From Octopus sinensis (lineage: Eukaryota): a stretch of DNA of 27,965 nt. The notes beneath the pieces are model-generated. The model saw only the letters and a list, made by a program, of their open reading frames with translations. It was not told the DNA's origin and searched no databases. How positions within the stretch are numbered: position 1 is the first letter of the stretch; every line of letters begins with the position of its first letter. Below, one piece after another: positions 10,786 to 22,477 of the stretch. The stretch is from contig NW_021827549.1 of assembly GCF_006345805.1 (NCBI RefSeq), positions 1 to 27,965 on the forward strand. Direction: 5' to 3'. The position numbers and the translations under genes were made by a program.

Positions 10786-11858
10786 ACCTCTATTTGAAAT
10801 TCTCTATTCGTCATCTCTTTTCCATTACCATTTCAATATCAACACCATCACAAAATTCTTCGGATAAAGCGACTGTTGTATTATAAGATTCCAGGCTGTA
10901 CACAATTTACCATTTTTGTATTGCTTCTCTACAGTATGGTGGTTCTGTAAATAATATTGTAGAAGACTAGAAAGAGGATGCTATACAGTTGAGTGGGGGG
11001 GGGGGCGATAATAGTATATTGGGGAGAGAAGAGTCCATTGCAAGAAGGAACAGTTGCTTAAAGGAGTAATACTCAACATTTTCTCTTATAGTATTATGAA
11101 GTAACTGAAATGTTGGAAGCACAAAAGTATTAATACTAGAATATTTCTTTCCGTAGAGGAAGAATTTTCTATCAATAAAGGATTGACTAACTATATTGAA
11201 ATGGAGCTAATGTTAGTAGAGTGAGGGGGAGGGAGATAAAGAGACGGAGGGAGAGGAAGGAGGGAGAGAGAGGGAAGACATTGATTTCATGTCAAATGAA
11301 TGATGGCAGCCTTACAATGTTTCCCTCCGTGTCGTTCACTACTAAAACAACTGTACAGGATAATTTTTAACAAATATTTTTATCTCTTTTCGTCTTGCAC
11401 AACCACGTCCGATGAATTAATCTTGCTGTCAGCCGGATTATAGCCAAGGAGTTTGTTTAGCAAACCCTCACTCACCAAAATACGACAACCACCAGGCATG
11501 GCACCCAACTGTCCTCTTTATGTCTCTTCTACAACAGCTAAAATGGTTGGTGCTCCCGTAAAACTAAAATTCTATTTACCAGATATACACTCGTAACATA
11601 TTCATCCAACACCACTCCAGCGTCCCACCCTCGCCCACCTCATCAAAAAATTTTTACCGCTCTATACCAATGCTCCAGCTTTCTCCCGAAGAATGTTCTT
11701 AGACAAAGAATTGTTCTTGGATCGTGTTTGATTTATGGTAACATGTCTGTTAGTCATTCCTCGGTTTACAGATTATCACAACAAACTAGACAACTACTAA
11801 ATAAACAAACAGATATTCTAAACACTAACCCACGCGCACTCACTCGTATGTATACGTA

Positions 11859-11861
<3 letters not shown>

Positions 11862-11928
<67 letters not shown>
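11862..11928. repeat. (TA)n microsatellite
   Basis: Direct reading. Confidence 0.95.
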
Positions 11929-11931
<3 letters not shown>

Positions 11932-12017
11932 AAAGGGTAAAAATCATTTATAACTTTTACCAAGGGGTCAGCGTGGAGATAAAAACCTTAGAGGTAAATT
12001 TTACAAATATTTTAATA

Positions 12018-12192
12018 ATTATACACATAATTATAGCAAGTGATTGTCTATAAGCCTCTCCACGCGCTAGAAAAATAGACGCCAGAAGACGCTATCATCA
12101 CCTTAAAAGGTGGTGATAGCGTTTTTGGCGTCTATTTTTCTAGCGCGTGGAGAGGCTTATAGCCAATAATTTGCTATAATTATGTGTATAAT
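12018..12192. repeat. Long palindrome (fold-back): 87/86-nt arms, 2-nt spacer
   Basis: Arm 12018-12104 is the reverse complement of 12107-12192 with about 6 differences; centre CACCTT-AA-AAGGTG. Confidence 0.95.
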
Positions 12193-12210
12193 CATATATA
12201 TATATATATA

Positions 12211-12400
12211 TGATTGAAATTTACAGAAAAATAAAAGTCGAAGACAGGTGTATAAACAAGCAGGTGTATTAGTTTAACGCTCGGGAAGGTGAGAAAGTCT
12301 TTTACGTTTCGAGCCTGCGCTCTTCAACAGAAAGGAACACGAGGAAATATACGGAGGGAGAAAGACAACTTGTACATTTAGCGGCCACTCATGGCGACAT
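12211..12400 (-). mobile_element. PLE-type terminal repeat fragment with a hammerhead motif
   Basis: Contains ACGTTTCGAGC...GCTCTTCAACAG (minus-strand HHR). Flanked by (TA)n. Boundaries are estimated. Confidence 0.5.
12299..12334 (-). ncRNA. Minimal hammerhead ribozyme motif, A6-to-U core variant
   Basis: Minus strand CUUU-CUGUUGA-A-GAGC(GCAG)GCUC-GAAA-CGUA-AAAG: 4-bp stem I, perfect 4-bp stem II, ACGU palindrome, GUA site (cut after 12303). Confidence 0.6.
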
Positions 12401-12463
12401 ATATATAAATATACATACACACACACACATATATATATATGTATATATATATATGTATATATA

Positions 12464-12494
<31 letters not shown>

Positions 12495-12525
12495 ATATAT
12501 TATATATATATAATATATTATATAT

Positions 12526-12565
<40 letters not shown>

Positions 12566-12611
12566 ATATATATATAGATATATATATATATATATGTATG
12601 TATGTATATAT

Positions 12612-12673
<62 letters not shown>

Positions 12674-12707
12674 GATGTATGTATGGATGTATGTATGCAT
12701 ATATATA

Positions 12708-12742
<35 letters not shown>

Positions 12743-12940
12743 ATTCAGAACAATTGCAACCACTACTATTACAACCACAAAAGGTCACTTTCAGGTCACT
12801 TGACCATTTTAATGGGTTCCACCATCCTTTTACCACTGTCATACCACTCCCGCATTTTTCTCCTTCTTCTTCTTCTTCTTCTCCTTCTTCTTCTTCTTCT
12901 TCTTCTTCTTCTTCTTCTTCTTCTTCTTCTTCTTCGTCAT
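12400..12940. repeat. (TA)n/(TATG)/(TG) arrays (about 12400-12745) and (TTC)n (about 12860-12940)
   Basis: Direct reading. Confidence 0.9.
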
Positions 12941-13727
12941 CTCCTTTCTCAGCTACTACCGCTGCTTAAACAATTAAAACCAAGATTTCATATAAATTAT
13001 TAAGACTACTACTACCTGCTACCAAGATATCATATGAGTAAAAAAAAAGAAGGGAGACAGAGACAGGCAGGAAACGGAAAACTGTCCCTTGAATTTGAAA
13101 ACTATGGAAATATTTTTAAAAAACATTTCATTTCATTTTTCCATAATTTAATTGTTTTTCATGAAAAAGTCGCAAAGGCCGAAACCGGTACTAAAATGTT
13201 CTTCATGATAAAATCCTTTCAGCATTTTCTACCTTATCTTATTTTCCTTATATATATGACTATTAGTCTATCAACCAATCTTCCGATCTCCTTTACAATC
13301 TACCAATCTGTCTGTCCATCTATCTATACCCATTTGTCTACCGTTCTATCGTTCTATCTCTCCATCTGCCTATTTACCTGAATGCCAATCTTTCTACTTA
13401 TCTGTTGGCCTATCTATCGATCTCCCATTTTTTATTTATTTATCTCTCTATCAATCTATCTATCTATATCACTCTGTATATACACATCTATCAATCTGTA
13501 TTTGCTGCAATATTTGCAGCTTTAAATAAAACTGTTCTTCGTATGAAACAATTGTACTGAACAGCTAATCCATTCTTGTTGCTTTTTTCTTGTTTATATT
13601 TTAATAATAAATAACTTATAACTAGATCTCAAAAAGTATAGAAAGAATGATGACCTATCTCGTCATCTACGTATCTATCTGTCTGTCTATATATCTAGGG
13701 CTGAAATATACAACAGAATAATGGAAC

Positions 13728-13729
<2 letters not shown>

Positions 13730-13801
<72 letters not shown>

Positions 13802-13822
13802 GTGTGTGTGTGTGTGTGTGTA
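13730..13822. repeat. (TA)n/(TG)n microsatellite
   Basis: Direct reading. Confidence 0.9.
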
Positions 13823-14269
13823 TACCCACCTATCTACACAACTATCTCTTTATCTCGTAATCTATCTACATACTATATGCATATCTATGAATCTCGCCAT
13901 CCACCTATCTATCTATCTATTTATCAACCGGTCTGTCTATCTCTCTACCTTTCTATCCAGTCATCCGATATAAAAACACATCTCCCTTATATTCCTGTCA
14001 CCAAGACACGAAGTATTTATCTAATCTAGAACTATTTTCCCCGCCCTACACACCCACAGTTACATCACATCAGCAGCACCACCACCACCACCAACGACAA
14101 CAACAACAACAACAAGAACATCACAGTCGCCGCCATCCACCAATTTGAAGTTCCATAACAGCTAAAATCGTGTTTCGTCTAATCCCATCCTGCGGCCATC
14201 TTTAGGCTGAATATTGATGACATTAAGCTGATCTGTTTAATGGCGACTAATTTCAATTCTTTTCTATTG

Positions 14270-14790
14270 TAATGTGATAAACACCTACACACACTAACAC
14301 AAACGAAAACACACACACAAACACACACAAACACACACAAACACACACAAACACACACACACCCTTACAAACACATCCACACATATACAAACACACTGGC
14401 AAAGAAGACCATGGCATGTGCGCTCGCGCAGCGACACACAGACAGACGTACACGCACACACACACATACACATACCAACACACACACACACACACGCACA
14501 CATATGAACTCAAACACAACAAAACACAGGACACACATTCGCGTACACACATACGTATACAACATACGCACACACATACACACACACATAGAAACGCTCA
14601 CGCATACAAATATACGCATTCACAAACACACACACAGATATAGAGACATACACATGAACTCACGCAAAAACTCAAATAAACACACACACACACAAAAGAC
14701 CACACACAAACACACAGACAAACACATAGAATGACATACAAACACATACAGACAAATGTGCAAACACACACACAAATATGCACACACGAA
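14270..14790. repeat. Degenerate (CA)n-rich region
   Basis: Direct reading. Confidence 0.85.
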
Positions 14791-15272
14791 ATTATCTTTA
14801 CCAAATACTGAATTCTGTAGACTCCAAATACTTATTCCATTGACACGTATCTCTTCGTTGAAGAAAGAATACAAAATCTAGCGACAATAATTAGTGACTG
14901 TCAGAAGGAGAAGGGAGATAATTTTAAAGAAATTAATAATTTAGTCCTTAAACATTATTTTCATGCTAAGAGTGATCACTTTTCCTGGCAAGGGGGACAA
15001 TGGTAGACATGTTTCAGTCTTGTTGACCACATCCGGAGAGTAATGACTATTGAAACCCACATGATCATCCAACTAAAAGAATTCGAAGGATTTTTAGCCA
15101 GTATAACTTCAATGATTGAACAATAAAGTACTATAAGGGGAAATAACTGAAGTAGACCACTGGCATAAATTTGATTAAATATATGAGATAATGCTTTGAA
15201 TTTTGAGGTTTTCTCCAAAGAAATGTTATTTTTAAATAATGAAATAAAGAACGTGAAGTATATTTGCCACTT

Positions 15273-15535
15273 AAATGTGGCTGACCTATAGGGGACGATG
15301 CTACTGTTGTTTATAGCCCCAGGAAGACATCTCCTCCAGCTGGCCAACGGCACACTCTGTGTCCGATCAGTATTTGCGAAGGAAATCATTGTTCCCATCT
15401 CTCGCCTGACGTGATACACACGGACCCGGGTTTCTGATAGTAACCCGTCATCAGCGTGTGATCACGTAAGGCTAGAGATGTCTTCCTGGGGCTATAAACA
15501 ACAGTAGCATCGTCCCCTATAGGTCAACCACATTT
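15273..15535. mobile_element. 263-bp non-autonomous fold-back element with 61-bp terminal inverted repeats and an internal hammerhead
   Basis: 15273-15333 versus 15475-15535: 60/61 complementary. No clear target-site duplication (TSD). Confidence 0.8.
15396..15480 (-). ncRNA. Type I hammerhead ribozyme motif with a long stem I (core 15417-15460)
   Basis: Minus strand CACACG-CUGAUGA-CGGGUUACUAUCA-GAAA-CCCGGGUC-CGUGUG. Stem I is 6 bp perfect and extends to about 25 bp with one bulge and two mismatches. Stem III palindrome ACCCGGGU; GUC site (cut between 15423 and 15422). Stem II is non-canonical. Confidence 0.7.
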
Positions 15536-15764
15536 TGAGTTTGGGCATTCAACATATCTGTCCTTAATTTATTCAATATTATGCCATTGGTCGAATCGAG
15601 TTATTTCCCTTGGTTCCTTTCTTTTTTTCTTTTTCTAATGATTGTGGAAATATTCTTTGTCACTTACAAATACATGTCTGTCGTCTGTCTTTAAGATTTC
15701 CAATACTTCACTGTGATACGAACCGCGGCTGTACGGCACCACACTCGGAAATGTGGTGCCGTGC

Positions 15765-15766
15765 GG

Positions 15767-15797
<31 letters not shown>

Positions 15798-16060
15798 AAG
15801 GAGGAGGAGGAGGACGACGATGATGGTGGCGGTGATGGTGGCGGTGATGGTGGTGATAGTGTTGATGATGACGATGATGATGATTATGATGCTGACGATG
15901 ACAACGACGACGACGATGATGATGATGATGATGATGGCACTGATGACGTTCCAGTTGCTGTTGTTGTTGGTGGTGGTGGAGGTGGTGGTGGTGGTGGTGG
16001 TGGTGGTGGTGGTGGTGGTTATGGTGATGGTGGTGATGGTGATGGTGTCGGTGTTGGTGT
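15765..16060. repeat. (GAT)/(GGT)/(GAC) trinucleotide mosaic
   Basis: Direct reading. Confidence 0.9.
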
Positions 16061-16299
16061 CGTTCTCTCCATGCGGGGGTTAATCTGTTGCAGAAATAAT
16101 TCCAAGAAATCTGATATTCTTCCTTATCTCTGTTACAACATCTCACCATTATTCCCAGAATGGAGGCGGAGGCGGAGGAAGTGTAGTGGTGGAGGGAGGA
16201 GTAAATAATTGTTTTCTTTTCTTTTTTGTTTGTTTGTTTGTTTCTGTTTCAAAATATTATTGTTGTTCTCTTTGCTGTTACTGATGATCTTTCCATTTC

Positions 16300-17110
<811 letters not shown>

Positions 17111-17729
17111 CAACTATTACTTTTATTTTTGCGCTTTTGTATATTTTGTTATATTTCGTATTTTTTCGTATTTCTTGTTGTTGTTGTTATTGCTATTGTT
17201 GTAATTGTTGTTGTAGATTTTTGTTAGGATTGGAAGCGTCAGAATTGCTAATCTCTTTCCTTTAATCCTCATAATGTTATTACAGACGGATTATCTCAAA
17301 TTTGCAAGAATCAATGTTTCATTTTTCTTTATTTCCCATTTTTTTCTTCTATTCTATTTTCTTTATTCCAGTTCTTTTTGTGTGTGTGTGTGGGGGGGAA
17401 TGGGGAGATGTTTTCATATTTATTTACGCTTGTTTTTCTATTTTTCTGTTTATCTTCTTGACATTGATGTTGTTGTTGCTGTTGTTGTGTGCTTCCATCT
17501 TTCGCCATTTCCACTGTTCTTCAACACCTTTGTTAACACATCGCTCTATTACAGCACCATTCCATCTCTATTTCTCCCTCTTCTCTCTCTCTCTTTCTTT
17601 CTCCCTCTTCTATCTCTCTTTCTTTCATCTTCTCTCTCTCTCTCTCTCACTCTCTCTCTCTCTCTGGTTTTACAGAAATATAATTCCCTATCTAACGATC
17701 TAGCTATTTATTTATCTATATATTTATCT

Positions 17730-17763
17730 TTCTATCTTGCTTGTTTATCTATCTAACTACCTG

Positions 17764-17834
<71 letters not shown>

Positions 17835-17836
17835 GC

Positions 17837-17910
<74 letters not shown>

Positions 17911-17943
17911 GTCTATCTATCTGCATGTCTATCTATCTCTATC

Positions 17944-17987
<44 letters not shown>

Positions 17988-18066
17988 CTATCTATCTGTC
18001 TATCTATCTATCTATCTATCCATCTATCTATCTCTCTATCTCTCTATATATCTATGTATCTATCTT

Positions 18067-18097
<31 letters not shown>

Positions 18098-18112
18098 CTA
18101 TCTCTATCTCTC

Positions 18113-18149
<37 letters not shown>

Positions 18150-18200
18150 CTATCTATCTATCTATCTGTCTATCTATTCATCTATCTATCTAATCTAATA
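17730..18200. repeat. (TATC)n/(TC)n compound microsatellite
   Basis: Direct reading. Confidence 0.95.
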
Positions 18201-18323
18201 TGATCTGATCTTATATATCTTATTGTCTGTCTCTGTCTTTCCATGTATTTGTTTGTCTCTGTATTTAGCTATCAATATAACTATCTATTTGTCTATCGAT
18301 CGATCAATCTAGTTATACATGTG

Positions 18324-18354
<31 letters not shown>

Positions 18355-18383
18355 TTGTGTGTGAGTAGTATTATACACTGAGG

Positions 18384-18417
<34 letters not shown>

Positions 18418-18837
18418 CATATACACGCGCGCACACACAAATGGATATCCATCTGTATAGATGTATAGATACATCCATTTGTATAACACCGATTAATCTA
18501 ATTATGTATCTATCTTCATATCTATTTCTCTCTGATTATCTACAATCACACATTCACACACGTGCACAAACACAATTCGAAGCACACCGTATACACACAT
18601 ACACATATTAGGAAACCATAACACTACCTCGGTTTGCGCAAAACCTCCACAATTGTGTGAGACGAATGAGGCATGTGATAAATTGTAAATATCTGGTAAA
18701 TGTGTGTATGGATGTGTGTATGTATGTATGTATATACTTGTATATACGTCCATGATGAGGCATTATATAGAAAGTTAGCATATAAATTTAATATTCTATT
18801 TCTGTGACATTCTTTATAACTGTAATGCTGTATTGTA

Positions 18838-19229
18838 TACTCTTTTACTTGTTTCAGTCATTTGACTGCGGCCATGCTGGAGCACCGCCTTTAGTCGAGC
18901 AACTAGATCCAAGGACTTATTCTTTGTAAGCCCAGTACTTATTCTATCGGTCTCTTTTGCCGAACCGCTATGTGACGGGGACATAAACACGCCAGCATCG
19001 GTTGTCAAGCAATGCTAGAGGGACAAACACAGACACACAAACACACACACATATATATATATACACATATATACGACGGGCTTCTTTCAGTTTCGTCTAC
19101 CAAATCCACTCACAAGGCATTAGTCGGCCCGGGGCTATAGTAGAAGACACTTGCCCAAGGTGCTACGCAGTGGGACTGAACCCTGAACCGTGTGGTTGGT
19201 TAGCAAGCTACTTACCACACAGCCACTCC
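18838..19229 (-). mobile_element. Near full-length copy of the main SINE (low divergence)
   Basis: Reverse complement of head, body, internal (CA)/(TA) tract and 3' tail (CTCTTTTACTTGTTTCAGTCATTTGACTGCGGCC). Confidence 0.9.
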
Positions 19230-19254
19230 ATCATATATATATTTATTTTATACC

Positions 19255-19491
19255 ATTCTTTTATTTGTTTCAGTCATTTGACTGCGGCCGTGCTGGATCA
19301 TTGCCTTTAGTCGAACAAATCGACCCCCATCCCACCCCCAAGGACTTATTCTTTGTAAGCCTAGTACTTTATTCTATCGGTCTCTTACACCGAACCGCTA
19401 AGTTACAGGGACATAAGCACACCAGTATCCATTTTCAAACGATGACGGAGGAACAATCACTGGCACACAAACAGACAGACACACAAGCACA

Positions 19492-19565
<74 letters not shown>

Positions 19566-19690
19566 CGACGGGCTTCTTTCAGTTTCTGTCTACCAAATCC
19601 ACTCAAAAGGCTTTTGTCGGCCCGAAACTATAGTGGAAGACAGTTGACAAAGGTACTACGCACTGGGACTGAACCCGGAACTATGTGGCT
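19255..19690 (-). mobile_element. Second tandem copy of the main SINE (head slightly truncated)
   Basis: Same blocks as 18838-19229, in the same orientation. Confidence 0.9.
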
Positions 19691-19705
19691 GTAAAGATAT
19701 ATATA

Positions 19706-19886
19706 GGAAATAGTGGCAAGGTCCGTTTCTCTGGACTTCTTCTTAGAGGTAAGACGAAAATTTTTTATGTCCACCGCTTGCACACATCTTTGCTTCTATA
19801 CATTCCGGGAAGCTTTACAATAGCGTCGTACGGTTATCGACTGCTATTTCCAGCAAACATTGGTACTTTGTAGTGCCACTATTTCC
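19706..19886. mobile_element. 181-bp MITE with 13-bp TIRs and TA flanks (Tc1/mariner-like)
   Basis: TA|GGAAATAGTGGCA ... TGCCACTATTTCC|TA; perfect inverted match over 16 bp including the flanks. Confidence 0.6.
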
Positions 19887-19989
19887 TATTTACGGTGCTT
19901 ATCGCAGGAAAATAACACTATTGCATTGTAATAATATTTATAATTTGTGTGTGTGTGTGTGTGTGTGTGCATATGTATGAGTGTGCACG

Positions 19990-20200
19990 CGCGTTTGTGT
20001 GCCTGTGTTTTCCCCCACCGTCGCTTGACAAGCGATGTTGGTGTGCTTATGTCGCCGTAACCTAGCGCTTGGATATAAGAGACCGATAGAATAAGTACTA
20101 GGCTTACAAAGAATACGTCCTCGAGTTGATTTGTTCGACTAAAGTCGGTGCTCCAGTATGCCCGCAGTGAAATGACTGAAACAAGTAAAATGATTAAAGA
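19990..20200 (+). mobile_element. 3' half of the main SINE
   Basis: GAGACCGATAGAATAAGTACTAGGCTTACAAAGAATA...ATGACTGAAACAAGTAAAA. Confidence 0.85.
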
Positions 20201-20208
20201 CTAACTGC

Positions 20209-21032
20209 ATGTAGGACGCCAGAAATGGCTAGGAATAACAACATAGGGTTCACAGGGAGGTTAAACAACCACAAGGCATCAGATGTTGGTAGGAGACTGT
20301 AGTTATGTAGTTATGTCAGTATCAAATTCAAGTTTTTACCTCACCTCTTTGATACCTGTTTAAGATTTTGCCTGAAGAGAGCGGTTTCTATGCTATGAAG
20401 TAATCTATGAATACATTAATAAAGTTCTACCGAAAGGGCTTTCGTGAATTTTGCACTTTATTTGAGCTCATTCTTATGTTATTGTATGGAGTTATGTTCT
20501 TTATATACTTCTTAAATGCACTCATACATACAGACATTCGCTGAGGAGGTCGAACAACAGCGAAACATGTCAGTTGCGATCAGCATGGCTGCTCTTGTTT
20601 AAACTCACCCATCCTCTCCTGCTAAACAATGTCGACTCCAATCTGTCATTGAAGTTTTCCAAAACGGAGATGCATCTCAAATCAGGGTGCACTTCGATCT
20701 TAATTACCTCTCATTCATTAAATTATCTGAGACGGTTGTAAGATCGTGAACAACAGATTTTCTGCAGAGTAACAATCTCTAGCTGAGCTGAGGAATTGAT
20801 GGACGATGGGCAACAAAGATATCTATCGGAGACTGTGGGGAAACGAAAAGTGACCACCATCATATATATACAAAATCTTAAACAGGTATCAAAGAGGTGA
20901 GGTAAAAACTTGAATTTGATACTGACATAACTACATATCTACAGTCTCCTACCAACATCTGATGCCTTGTGGTTGTTTAACCTCACTGTGGACCCTATGT
21001 TGTTATTCCTAGCCATTTCTGGCGTCCTACAT
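20209..21032. mobile_element. 824-bp element with 162-bp inverted repeats (unclassified)
   Basis: 20209-20370 versus 20871-21032: 3 mismatches in 162 bp; 500-bp spacer; no TSD recognised. Confidence 0.8.
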
Positions 21033-21547
21033 ACATACATCAAGTAGAGGACATCACCAACGAGTGAAAAATACGTAAACACATAATGAGAGACAAGCAC
21101 GGGACAGAATACCAAACTTCTATTATTTTTATTTTTTTAGGAATTTGACCTGAGGAGTGACTGCTTTTGGGAGTAAAATCATTTTTCCGTTCTAATGAAC
21201 TTGGATATGGTTTTCTAATCTGATTTTATATAGTCCTAACCCAGCCATGAAACGCGCGTAGTCAATATACAAGTACTTACTTTTATACATTATATTATTG
21301 CATTAATTTTATTGTCCAATTTATACTTTATTTGACTTTAGATTAATAGTTTTATGAAGAAATGTTTCTTTGTATGGTATTTCCTCTTATATATTATATG
21401 GTTGTAATAATCTTACTGTTCATTATTATATATTACTAAAATTTTAGGTTAGTATTTTGTACGGTATATGTCTCACAGAATGGCTTTGGATGGGTTCTCC
21501 ATTGACTGAGTTGTGGAGTGGCGGTTCGTCTCTAAATTAATTATTTA

Positions 21548-21572
21548 CACACACACACACACACACACACAC

Positions 21573-21644
<72 letters not shown>

Positions 21645-21716
21645 ACATATATACTATATATATGTGTGCGTGTGTGTGTGTGTGTGTACATACATACATA
21701 CATATATATATATATC

Positions 21717-21752
<36 letters not shown>

Positions 21753-21759
21753 ATATATA
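21548..21759. repeat. (CA)/(TA)/(TG) compound microsatellite
   Basis: Direct reading. Confidence 0.9.
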
Positions 21760-22116
21760 GGCGCAGGAGTGGCCGTGTGGTAAGTAACCCGGGTTCAGTC
21801 CCACTGCGTAGCACCTTGGGCGCCTTCTACTATAGCCTCGAGCTGACCAATGCCTTGTGAGTGGATTTAGTAGATGGAAACTGAAAGGAGCCGGTCGTAT
21901 ATGTGTGTGTGTATTTGTGCATCTGTGTCTGCCCCCCACCATCACCATAACTTAATAACCGATGTTGGTATCTTTTCGTCCCCGTAACAGTGGCTAGCAA
22001 AAGAGACTGATAGAATAAGTACTAGCCTTACAAAGAATAAGTGCTGGGGTCGACTTGTTCGACTAAAGGCAGTGCTCCAGCAGTGCCGCAATCAATGACT
22101 GAAACAAGTAAAAGAA
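21760..22116 (+). mobile_element. Near full-length copy of the main SINE (deletion in the tRNA-like head)
   Basis: GGCGCAGGAGTGGCCGTGTGGTAAG, GGTTCAGTCCC, body, and tail ATGACTGAAACAAGTAAAAGAAT. Confidence 0.9.
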
Positions 22117-22121
22117 TATAT

Positions 22122-22266
22122 ATAAGTAGCTTGCTAACCAACCACATGGTTCCGGGTTCAGTCCCAACACCGTGGCACCTTGGGCAAGTATCTTCTACTA
22201 TAGCCTCGGGCTGACCAAAGCCTTGTGAGTAGAATTGGCAGACGGAAACTGAAAGAAGCCCGTCGT
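22122..22266 (+). mobile_element. 5' half of the main SINE
   Basis: TAAGTAGCTTGCTAACCAACCACATGGTTCCGGGTTCAGTCCC...GAAAGAAGCCCGTCG. Confidence 0.85.
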
Positions 22267-22475
<209 letters not shown>

Positions 22476-22477
22476 AT

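Noticed and set aside
14976-15419. 147-aa minus-strand ORF with hydrophobic stretches
   Set aside because: It starts inside the fold-back element and runs into AT-rich flank; no recognisable homology.
15753-16208. ORF encoding poly-Asp/Gly, with His-rich ORFs on the opposite strand
   Set aside because: All frames are open only because GAT/GGT repeats lack stops on these strands; there is no domain, splice context or codon structure.
20581-20760. Possible GIY-YIG C-terminal remnant (ISVLENFNDRLESTLFSRRGWVSLNK, minus strand)
   Set aside because: Similarity is too weak to support without a profile search.
21236-21262. CCAGCCAT-GAAAC-GCGC-GTA: 3' half of a hammerhead with an ACGCGCGU palindrome
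   Set aside because: No CUGANGA core or stem I partner at the right spacing upstream; at best a half relic.
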